A DNA stretch of 60,455 nt, filler included, from Sphacelaria rigidula (taxonomy: Eukaryota), in NCBI GenBank assembly GCA_964200075.2. It is 7 parts of 7 records of this genome, joined end to end, with 100 filler letters (N's around TTAATTAATTAA, not from the genome) between each part and the next. Parts side by side here need not be neighbours in the genome. Positions count along the whole stretch, not along the records: positions 8,654 to 17,205 come from CAXNAA020010806.1; positions 17,306 to 25,856 come from CAXNAA020010807.1; 5 more parts are not named here. One strand, 5' to 3'. Below the pieces are notes generated by a model that did no database searches, was not told where the DNA came from, and saw only the letters and a list, made by a program, of their open reading frames with translations. Below, piece by piece: positions 12,660 to 22,339 of this stretch. Numbering within the stretch: position 1 is the stretch's first letter; every line of letters begins with the position of its first letter. Both the position numbers and the translations under genes were made by a program.

Positions 12660-12739
12660 TGCACTACCCGGAGGACGGGCGTATATCACCTGCCTTGCCT
12701 GCACTACCCGGAGGACGGGCGTATGTCTCTTGCCTTACC
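12660..12739 (+). repeat. 40-bp tandem duplication
   Basis: gcactacccggaggacgggcgtat occurs at 12661 and 12701. Confidence 0.85.
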
Positions 12740-13107
12740 AAGAATAAAGCCTCCGTGCATCGCTAGCACATTTTTCTCGGGTGAAGGATATTCAGCAACG
12801 ACATGTAGTTCCCTGTAGTTGTCGCAGCATTGTGATTTGACCCACCTCCTCCAAAACCTGTTTAATCTCATCCTGGACACTGGCTAATTTGTTCCCTTGC
12901 AGGGAGCGCTTTGGCATACATTCTTGGTGTACAACGAACCGCGAATAGGTGACACTTCCGATTCCGCGCCCTTCTTCTGTTTTCGAGCCTAGGTTGCTCA
13001 TCGAAAAGGAAGCGGGCGGCTGCGAGTGGTTGTTCGTGCGCTCAGCTCAAGTCCCCCATTGCCTGTTGCGATGGCTCACAGTATCTAGTACGCTAAGAAT
13101 TGATGAC

Positions 13108-14835
13108 ATGTCTACCCGCCGGACCAAGTCATGCGCTTACAAGGGCTGCCCGACGAGGTACCCCAAGTTCGGAGTTTCGGGAACCAGAGAGGCGCAGTAT
13201 TGCGCAAAGCACGCCAAAGAGGGCATGGTCGATGTGCTTAGTGCGAAGTGTTCCCGAGAGGGCTGCTTCAAGCAACCATCTTATGGGATTGAGGGCACGA
13301 AAAAGGCGCAATTTTGCGCAGAGCACGCCGCGGACGGTATGGTGAGTGTGAGGACGAAACGGTGCAACCAGGAAGCCTGCTCCAAGGGAGCGACACATGG
13401 TATTTGGAGTGAAAAACTGGCTCAATACTGCCGGCAGCATGCGAAGCACGGGATGGTGAATGTGCTCGGGAAAAGGTGTCCCCACGAGGGCTGCTCGAAG
13501 CGGTTCCCCACGTATGGAGTTCCGGGTACGAAACGCCCGCTGTACTGTCGACAGCACGCCAAGCAGGGGACAATAAACGTGGTGAGCAAAAGGTGCTCCC
13601 ATGATGGCTGTGCCACTCTTGCCTCCTACGGAGTAAAAGGGACGGGAACGTCGGAGTTTTGTCGGAAGCACGCCGAGTTACCCATGGTGTACGTCAAGCA
13701 CAGGAAAGGCGCGTGCACTCAAGAGGGTTGCTACAAGCAGCCCACCTACGGGTTCGAGGGTGCTTCAAGGCCGACGTTTTGCTCAGAGCACGCGAAGGAG
13801 GGAATGGTGGACATACGAAACAAGCGGTGCTCGCGCAAGGGCTGCTCGACTAAGCCTTGTTTTGGGCTCGAGGGCACCCGAACGGCCGAGTTCTGCTCGC
13901 AGCATGCAAAGGATGGGATGGTGGACGTGTTGACCAGGCGATGTCGTCACGACGGTTGCTCTAAGCACCCTGCGTTCGGTTTGCGAGGTGGAGGTAAGGC
14001 GCTCTACTGTCGAAAGCACGCCACGGATGGGATGAGAGCCGTAAAGCAAAGGTGTTACCACGAGGGCTGCTGGAAGTCGCGGACCCACGGATGGAAAGGA
14101 TCCAAATCGCCGCGATTCTGTGCACAGCATGCCGAGGAGGGCATGTCTAATGTGGTGGCCAAGAAGTGCCTTCACGACGGTTGCTCCGTCCTTCCTATGT
14201 ATGGACTCCCGGGCACCCGACAAAAGCAGTTCTGCACCCGGCACGCCCTAGACGGTATGGTCCACATGGGGTTCCTGCGAAGATGTTCTCACGAGGGCTG
14301 CAGTAAGTTCCCGTCGCTGGGGATCAAAGGAAGCAGAAAAGCGGAGTTTTGCGCACAGCACGCCAAGGACGGCATGGTGAGCGTGACTGGCACGATCTGT
14401 TCCCACCCCGGATGCTCCACACGTGCGCGTTTTCTTGCGACGGATGGCCGAAAGGGCAAATTTTGCAGTCTGCACAGACAAGACGGGAAGAGTGACGTAG
14501 GGGCGCGGACGACGCGCGTTCCCGGGCTCGGCCGTCATTCGGAAGAGCCGAAGACACGTGCGGAGAAGGTGAAGCTGGAGATTGCTTCGCCGGATTCCGT
14601 AGAGAATGAAGATTCAGGCGCTTTTGCCGGGATCAAAAAGCGCAAATCCGACCCGGCTGCGCCTGTAACGAGCGTCACCGTTGACGTACTCGAGAGCCTT
14701 ACTACGAAGCGAGTCCGCACGGCTCGTGCGTCCAGGGTGTCGGCGCGACTCGCCGCTCGGTGTCCCGAGGTTGGTGTCTCCCTTGCTGAGGGCAGAGCCA
14801 GCGTAAAGAGAGAGGTTTCTGTTTCGCGTCATTAG
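13108..14835 (+). CDS. EsV-1-7-type cysteine-rich repeat (C3H zinc-finger-like) protein, 12 repeats, intronless, about 575 aa
   Basis: Twelve units of about 38 aa: C-x4-C-x4/5-(Y/F/H)G-x2-G-x5-(F/Y)C-x2-HA-x2-GM. The basic C-terminal tail has NLS-like KKRK and KRVR. The first in-frame ATG at 13108 is preferred over the GTG at 12949. Confidence 0.9.
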   Translation: MSTRRTKSCAYKGCPTRYPKFGVSGTREAQYCAKHAKEGMVDVLSAKCSREGCFKQPSYGIEGTKKAQFCAEHAADGMVSVRTKRCNQEACSKGATHGIWSEKLAQYCRQHAKHGMVNVLGKRCPHEGCSKRFPTYGVPGTKRPLYCRQHAKQGTINVVSKRCSHDGCATLASYGVKGTGTSEFCRKHAELPMVYVKHRKGACTQEGCYKQPTYGFEGASRPTFCSEHAKEGMVDIRNKRCSRKGCSTKPCFGLEGTRTAEFCSQHAKDGMVDVLTRRCRHDGCSKHPAFGLRGGGKALYCRKHATDGMRAVKQRCYHEGCWKSRTHGWKGSKSPRFCAQHAEEGMSNVVAKKCLHDGCSVLPMYGLPGTRQKQFCTRHALDGMVHMGFLRRCSHEGCSKFPSLGIKGSRKAEFCAQHAKDGMVSVTGTICSHPGCSTRARFLATDGRKGKFCSLHRQDGKSDVGARTTRVPGLGRHSEEPKTRAEKVKLEIASPDSVENEDSGAFAGIKKRKSDPAAPVTSVTVDVLESLTTKRVRTARASRVSARLAARCPEVGVSLAEGRASVKREVSVSRH

Positions 14836-16082
14836 GCTGGTGGCGGCTGGTTTTACGGCAGTATCATGGAGAGCATCGTTGAAGGAGCCATCGTGGCTAT
14901 GCATATTCGACCAAGCTTCCGTGCCGCATGGCATGACAGCTAGCGAATAGTTGGCAGGCATCTCGGCTGTTGTACCGCATGCCGTGGATGATCATCCCCA
15001 CACATCTCCGGCTCCTGCTGCAGTACATGATAGCAATCACTCCTGTAGTACTTGCTGCTGCCAGGTGGCTGTTTCAAGAAGGGATTGAGACGGGCGTGGA
15101 CGTGTTCATTCTGGTGCACCGGGTGGGAAGCAAATGCAGTTTGTCATGTGCATTTGTTATCGCCGGCTGGGCCCGTGTGATCGTTGTGACTTCACCCATG
15201 ACGCACCGTTGTCGTCGGTCCATTGTTCGGGAAGTCTACTTGAACGTTTCCCCAGTTGCTGAATATTGTGGGCAGCATCTGGTGTTTTAAGACCAGCTCA
15301 TCCAATGTCCCAGGGAAGTCGGGTTTGACAATCGTGTGCGTAATATGTATGCCTTTAAGTAGTCTGATTCCCATCATATTCGAAGTTACTTGCACGCGTA
15401 TTGCTGTAGTGTAGGGTCGGTGCTTCCACCTCCTCCGGTCTCCACTATAGCGCATAGACGGTTTTGCAACAAAAACTAATCGTACCGGAGATGAATATTT
15501 CACGTTAAACGCATGTCTTTCGGGCTTCACAACGTGGGTGTTGAAGATTGGTCGGTCGAAAAGAAGCTGTAACGCAGCGGTGGTCCTCAGCTCATGCTTG
15601 AATATATTTGGTACGAACGTACAACTCGGCAGATCATCTGGTACCCGCAGAGATTGCTGTCGAAAGGTGAGCGGTCGCCCCTGTGTGCGAGCGAATCGCC
15701 CTTTTCGCGAGGTGTGAGAAAAGCTAATAGATTGAGCTGGCATGGTTGAAAAACGACTTCGTCACGAAATGGCTGACTACCCTACGTTGGGGTAATCGAA
15801 AGCGCACAGAGAAGTTCATTTTAACCTGGCAGGCGATATCATGGTCGTAGATCCGCCACGCCCCGGTGGTACACGTGGACAAATAGCACCCTGTAGGACG
15901 AGCTGCACAGGGTTCTTCACAGTCTCTGTGAAAACCCCTGTGTAGCATTTGCAAACCCTAGTACCTGTAAGCATTTTACATAGCGTTTTTGTCGAAACCC
16001 TGCAAGCAATCCTGTGGAGAAACCTTCCCAATTTGGAAAATTCCAAATTATTTTGGTACAAAATCTGTGATTTTTGTGTTAT

Positions 16083-16173
16083 TAGCTTCTCCTGCTGTCC
16101 GAGATAAATTCCTTTTTGCCCTATTTGATAAATCGGGCAAAAAGGAATTTATCTCGGACAACAGGAGAAGCTA
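16083..16173. repeat. Near-perfect 91-nt hairpin (44-bp arms, 3-nt loop)
   Basis: tagcttctcctgctgtccgagataaattcctttttgccctattt-gat-aaatcgggcaaaaaggaatttatctcggacaacaggagaagcta, with 42 of 44 positions complementary. Confidence 0.9.
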
Positions 16174-17205
16174 TTCGAAATATATCAGCTATTCGAAATA
16201 TATCATTTCTTCAATTTATTGGGCAAAAAAAAGGATAAATTTTGAACAGCTTTTTTTGCTGCGCAAATCCCATGCACACTCGCAGATTTGAAATTTGAAC
16301 AACAGAAGAAGCTCTAAATAAATCTTCACTTTGCCCTCCATTTCATCCGGAGATTGGGGGAACAGAGACTTATTGCGAACAGCGTCAGCTGGGCATATCC
16401 CGCATACTGCACCGTTATCAGCATATGGGATCCGACAAGCAAAAAAAATGTTGAACATAATTCATCCTTTTGCCCCCCGATCCATGTACATGGGGTCGGA
16501 TGAATAATTCTCAACAGCTTTTGCCGAATGTAGATCCGGCACACTGATTACGATCGAGTGTATGTCCACACTCCTACGAGTTTAGATACTAAGCTTTCGC
16601 TCAAGACGTGAATAATAAGATCGTGGTGTATACCTCGCATATGACTCCACATTGCTTTTGAAAACCCCGTGGTGCGCAGTCTACCAAAATCACTCAACCG
16701 AGAATGCTTTTGTTCAGAGAGGTTTTTGTTTGATAGTTATTAGAAGCACAGAATAATCTCTCCGTACATGACAACCATGTGGCTCAATGGGCAACCTGAT
16801 GTAATGTACTCCAGAGCACCAAATCTTGAGTTCAATTATCACCCCTACCATTTCTCGACCGTTTTTTCTGCCAGTACCATGCCCATGCTGTATAGAGTAT
16901 ATTGTATGCGTGCTATAAAGGCTGCACAGCATATTAACAGCGATGAATTCCATACGGAGTGACGAAACCCTGTGAAGCGCCCTGTGTGGCACAAAATAAT
17001 TAATTAATTGATTGATTGATCATCTCATATTAGCTGATTGCAACAATCCAGCCCGTGGTCAGGAGCAGCAAAAATAGAACAGAATAATGATAATAATACA
17101 ATAAAGCAAGAAAGAGACAGAAAAACGACAGAAAACAACAAATTGTGAGAATTGAGGTTTAACTTCGAGATGAGGCTCAAGCCTAAAACAGTGCTTTCCC
17201 CACAC

Positions 17206-17305
17206 NNNNNNNNNNNNNNNNNNNNNNNNNNNNNNNNNNNNNNNNNNNNTTAATTAATTAANNNNNNNNNNNNNNNNNNNNNNNNNNNNNNNNNNNNNNN
17301 NNNNN
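17206..17305. other. Artificial contig spacer
   Basis: Same 100-bp N/TTAATTAATTAA/N structure. Confidence 0.97.
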
Positions 17306-18231
17306 CAACGACGATCTGACTCGAAATTTCGAGCAACAAATGCCCCAAAATACCCCCACCCCTATCGTAGGATGGCTCGTCAGTTTATGTGTGCGTGTAA
17401 GCTGTGATGTGGGTGTGCGCGCTGCGGCATGCCCTACCTCGAGGGCGTGTTCTTCCGTAGTAGTAGTACAGCAGCAGCAGCTGGACACTATTAATTTTGC
17501 AACAGGAGAACGTGTTCAGGTTATAAAAACACTGCAGAACTGCTGTGTTGTCTCGTGTTCAGTGTAGTATCCTGTACTCCAGAAAATGGGGTCACGTTTT
17601 GAGCAGTTCTTGAAACGTTCTGCTTGTTTTTCTGTCACAGAAATCCGATTCCGAATCTGGAATAGCCTGAGACAACAATCAATTCCAAAATTGGAATTCG
17701 TCTGCCCCTCTTCTCGAGTGCTCTTCAGGGAGTGTTTCCGTTTTGTTCACCCCGGGTATTCGATACTTTCATCTTGGGACGGCCGGCTCCCCGGGGGGCC
17801 AGTTGATGTGCGACAATTTTCATTGTTGGAAGACTTTGGAGCGTGATCAGCACCAACGGTGTGTAGAACAAGACTCGACACGGAGTTGGGCTGCTCATCC
17901 AATCCGCCATACCAAATTGTCAGGCATCTACCGGGGGAGAGATTGGTTGATCCCTCGAGACACGGAATCGTCCGGGAGAAAGGAAGGAGTTGACGTGCCA
18001 CAAGCAAAGGAGAAAAGACGCACTACGCAGCTTTGTATGAAGGGTGGACACACGGCACACTTTTGGCGAAATGGTGGCCACCTTCCTCTGTCCATGCTCT
18101 GTATATAACCACGCGTGCGAAGATACAAATCCTCGCCGATCGCCACGTTTCGAAAAAACAGTGTGCAGGGTGTCATATGATAGATAACATAAACTTAGCC
18201 GTAATGCAACAGTTGCAGTAAAACTGCTTCT

Positions 18232-18530
18232 AACAACGTTTTCGTGAGATGGAGCGTAGAGCGCTGATTGAGAGTGGCTTCGATCTTTCGCTTTAACTTG
18301 GCCAATTTCTCATCAAGTGTGTACTTTTTTTTGCCTTCATCACTGGCGTGCGCTTTCAGCTACACGTCGATATCCTACTCAGGGATATCAAGGACCGCAG
18401 TGGCGAGCTACTACAGAAAGCATACCGGGCCTCGCGGAGGGGTATTTCGGAACTGAAACGATTAATTCACCAATTGGCCGCTTTTCACTCTTAATCGTAT
18501 CCTTTACTCTCAATCTCACGAAAAATTGTT
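18232..18530 (-). mobile_element. MITE, same family as 2442-2734
   Basis: TIRs aacaacgttttcgtgagat / atctcacgaaaaattgtt. The internal sequence is the reverse complement of 2442-2734. Confidence 0.8.
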
Positions 18531-18928
18531 TTTTACTCATCAGCGGCCGTACATAGACACGACACGAGCGACTAGACCACGGCGCGACAAGAAAGCCTGC
18601 TCGACTTGGGTCTTCAGAAAGCCCAAGCGTTCTTGCTGCCCCCATCCTTCCGTCGCCCTTCGGTCTCCTCGAAAACTCCATGGCCTCTGCCACCCTTGGG
18701 CTTCGATGAAATCTCCATGGGCTTCCTCGGGAATCGATCTCTCGCGTGACTCAAGCGAACACGACGGTATTTTTTCTAGACGGTGACAACAAAATGCTTT
18801 ACCAGCAAACCATTGAATACAGCAGATTTAAGGTTCTGGGCAAATTGCCCAAGTCGGGATTTCCGCCTTGTGCTCCTGAACGTGGGGCTCGTTTTAGGGT
18901 TCGTTACGCTCGGGATAATGCGCCACAT

Positions 18929-19022
18929 TCACCGACCCCCATGAGGCTTCCAGTCGAAGCTAGGCATCGACCGCTCGTGCATTTTTTGCTCCGACAAGCA
19001 CGACCTCAGACGTTCCAAAAGC
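18929..19022 (-). CDS. eIF4E: eIF4E terminal exon
   Basis: cag|(R)LLERLRSCLSEQKMHERSMPSFDWKPHGGR*. The phase matches the preceding exon. Confidence 0.85.
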
Positions 19023-22000
19023 CTGAACGCGTGTACGCATGGGCGAAGGAGTGAGGGAGGATAGGTGAAAGTGCAATTTTGGCGCCAGATGGATTAAGCG
19101 AATAGATGATGATTCTTGCAGAGCCCGCTAATGAACTCCTCGGTCTGAGCACTCTTCAGGTGATCAGGATCACGGCTGAAAAGATCAAGACACCCGGGCG
19201 GCCATAAGGCTAACGTATACGAGTCTTCCAAAGGCTGGATAGCCCGATCAAAACTGCATTTTAAAGCAACAGCTGAACGGGGCGGGATGAGATGGTGCGA
19301 GTCGACACAATGGGGATACCGTTTGGAGGAGATTATTGTTGTCCGATGTACCCGAAAAATAGTGTTGAGAAGCGCCCTTCAAATAGATTGATCATACTGC
19401 ACAAGCAAACACACGTACTACGCAGACGAGGAGTCCCGTCGAGGGCGATCCCTTCGTTTCACTAGCCCAACATGGGAGTACTTACTCCGGCAGGGCATGC
19501 GCCGAGCACATGTCCCCAACAGTCATTGGACCATGGCACGCATAGCGTGACACCCCCGGCAACACAGTGGTACTAAGACTAAGTACTCAATGTGCAACAG
19601 GTGATGGTGGGGGGGGGGAAGTGAGTAACGAGTTATTTCCTATTTTCCTATAACGGGACGATGATGTAAAGTCGTCACAAATGCATACGCGTGCCAACGC
19701 AGGACACAGAAAAAACTCGCTACAAAAATATCATGGTTGACGCAATGACGTACTCGCAGGACTTCTAAATGCCATCGTAGTAAAACTGATCTACACGATA
19801 ACGAATGACGCTTCCCCAACACCGCACCTGTCTGCCGTGCTGTGGTCATTGGTCCGAAGCCAAAGCTCGAACCGGTACACCACGTGGTGACCCTTGCTCT
19901 TGTCGACTATCCTTGCCCCGCAGATTTCATCCCCGACGTCTATCGTCTCCCCCACTAGGCCAAGCACCATGTTTTCCTGCGGTGGATCAAAACAAGACAC
20001 CGATGCGACAGTGAGAGGAGAGATCAAATATTTCCGACCGGGGCCAAGCAAAGTCGCCAAAACGTGTGAAAACATTCGCTTGGAGCTCAGAAGTTTACAG
20101 CTACTCCAAAGTCAGTGTTGAAGAAGCTTGCCTTCACCATCACCACCACCGAAACGCCGTAGAAGCGATAGTGAGGGCATAGAGCAACATGGATTGCTCA
20201 AGTGACGGCGAGCGTTCATTGTGGCTCCGAAACAAGAAGTGCAAGAGGAACACATTGACACAACGGCCGCCCACGACATGCATGTGTCATGGTCGGAGTA
20301 TCTCTTTCGGGTGCGTCCTGCATGCACAACTCCAAAATATTAAAGAGAGGCGCGTGAATCACCGCGTCTGCTTCTCGGGCACTCTTCTGCATACTGTTTG
20401 AGTTCATCACACAGATGTACATACTGTGCGAGCCGTTTTCAGGGCTCCTGGGGGTTAAATACAGGCCTATTGCAACCATTGTCGTTCAAAAATAGTTGCA
20501 AGAGGACAACACATAAATGTTTTGTTTATTGCATCCCGTGACGATATTGTGTCCAGGCTGTACAATATATTCATATTCCATCACCGTTCGCACGTGAAGA
20601 CATGGGGCTACAGCCCTCGTACATCGATTCACGATGCATTTCGTATCCAAGCGTACTTGCCCAGAAAAGATCCAAAGCCTGCGGCGCCATCTTGCTTCGG
20701 CTCTGCCATTCCCCGCCCTGCGCGTTCTCCGGAGCTTCCCACTCTGGCTTGATCCCCTTCTTGAAGATGCTGAAAGAGTCGATCTGACGGTCACCCACTT
20801 TCTTCCTCATAGTTCCATCGAACATCACCTACATGTGTATTTGGCATGGAGAGAGAGTGTGCACATGCACATGTATGCAGGAGGGAGGGACGGCGAGGGC
20901 GCGCGGGGGGAGGGTGTATTCATGATATTGTATGCCGTAGTCATATCACCATCGACCCCGCATCCCTACAAAGCCGGGACGGGGCACGCCGGGTTTTTGC
21001 CGGACGAGGCTCGCAATCACCAAGCGCGAGACGCCGTGATGTGTTCGGCGAGTCGCATGAAGGGTGAGCTGAGGGCGGGGGGGGGCTCAAGTCAAGGAAG
21101 CTACGGGGGAGGGGGAAACGTCGAAGATCTGACTGCCGTTTACTCATGTGCCTATACATCGCTCGTCCCAACAAGTGGCATCGACAGCGTGGACGTGTGC
21201 GCTTGGAGGGAAGCGACGAGGGAAGAACTCGCAAAACGATAGTAGCAGAACATGATACGAATTGATATCTTGGCGGGATCATATTTTCCGAAACATTTTC
21301 ACACCACGTCTGTTTGAGGAGGACCGACTCATAGGGGCTTACGTTGTATTATGATGGAATACACGCCTTGCACAGCTCGATGGTAGTTTCGAAAAAAATC
21401 GCTCATTTCATTATAGGAAAACGGACAGGCACGACAATACTGAAATCAGCCAAGATCCCAACCCATTTCACGATTCCCCCCCCCCAACGAAGATGACGCA
21501 AGTAGGTACTCGAACAGCGATAAACACTGAAACCAAAGGGAAAACGTGCAAGAAGAATCGCTGTTTTTCAAGGCATTAGCATGATATCCAAGAAAACGCC
21601 AAACAGCAGCAGTGGGGGGGGAAGGAGGGGCTTACTTACATGAGGAAAAGAGATCGTCTTGACCCTTCTGGAACCCAGTGACAATTTTTGTTTTTCTGGA
21701 TCGGCATGATTTTAAGTCATTTTCAAGTCAAAATCATGCCGATTCGCACAAACACAGATCGTCCATGAGTTCCCTGAGGGTTAAAAACGCTCAACGGCGA
21801 AAGAAGTGTCGAAGAAGGAGGCGTCTGGTGCGACCGATGAAGAAAGTTAAAAAAATAATAAAAGGAGCAACGTTGGCGGTTGCTACTACTGAGTTATCTT
21901 CAAAACATGCCCTTCCAGGAGAGCATCTTCACCTGGCTAGGCTTGGGGATGTTGTTGTAGACCTTCCAGAAGTCTTCCACCGTGGCGAACTCGGCGAGGC

Positions 22001-22339
22001 TCTGCATATTGTTGCCCCAGTCGGCATCTGATTTGGTCACCTGACGAATACGACACGCACAAACAGGCACCCAGATGTATGGGAATGATGGTCACCGCGT
22101 GGATCGGGGGAATATTGCGTCTCGGGAATGTCTCTCACTCGATCACTAGAAGCAACATATATGGGCTGTAACATCATATTTCTTGGAGTCTTGGCAACAC
22201 CAGAATACTGCGCCACATATCTACCGAACAGTCGACACAGTGACTACAACCCGACACCTCGGCTTACAGGGGCAGGACACCACCTTCTCCTCGGCGGATC
22301 CTTCCTTGATGAGGTGGTTGCCTTAGACTGCCACCGCAT
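18929..22339 (-). CDS. eIF4E: Eukaryotic translation initiation factor 4E (cap-binding), multi-exon, about 196 aa
   Basis: Exons 22339-22268 (tentative), 22040-21933, 20828-20661, 19976-19828 and 19022-18929 splice in frame. Motifs: DWGNNMQSLAEFATVEDFWKVYNNIPKPS, FSIFKKGIKPEWE, GGEW, LGLVGETID..DEICGARIVDK, RFELW, FDWKPH. Confidence 0.9.
19828..19976 (-). CDS. eIF4E: eIF4E exon
   Basis: cag|ENMVLGLVGETIDVGDEICGARIVDKSKGHHVVYRFELWLRTNDHSTAD|gtgcgg. Confidence 0.92.
20661..20828 (-). CDS. eIF4E: eIF4E exon followed by a GC donor
   Basis: tag|VMFDGTMRKK...FKKGIKPEWEAPENAQGGEW...LDLFW|gcaagt. Confidence 0.9.
20915..21071 (-). mobile_element. Family B non-LTR fragment in an eIF4E intron
   Basis: Reverse complement of about 10810-10970, with G tracts on both flanks. 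Confidence 0.8.
21933..22040 (-). CDS. eIF4E: eIF4E exon
   Basis: cag|VTKSDADWGNNMQSLAEFATVEDFWKVYNNIPKPSQ|gtgaag. Confidence 0.92.
22268..22339 (-). CDS. eIF4E: eIF4E tentative exon 1
   Basis: The only ATG in frame with the phase-0 GTAAGC donor. Gives MRWQSKATTSSRKDPPRRRWCPAP, which is atypical. Confidence 0.4.

Noticed and set aside
12660-12739. CRISPR-like direct repeats (also 34727-34804 and 53005-53055)
   Set aside because: Only 2-3 adjacent units with no unique spacers and no cas genes, in a eukaryotic context. These are simple tandem duplications.
13129-14961. Several minus-strand ORFs inside the EsV-1-7 gene
   Set aside because: Antisense shadows with no recognisable motifs.
15192-15743. 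183-aa minus-strand ORF downstream of EsV-1-7
   Set aside because: No recognisable motif or codon bias; it cannot be supported as a gene.
21640-21667. Possible 28-nt cassette exon in an eIF4E intron (strong GTAAGT donor on the minus strand)
   Set aside because: It would break the frame, the acceptor context is weak, and the flanking exons already join correctly.
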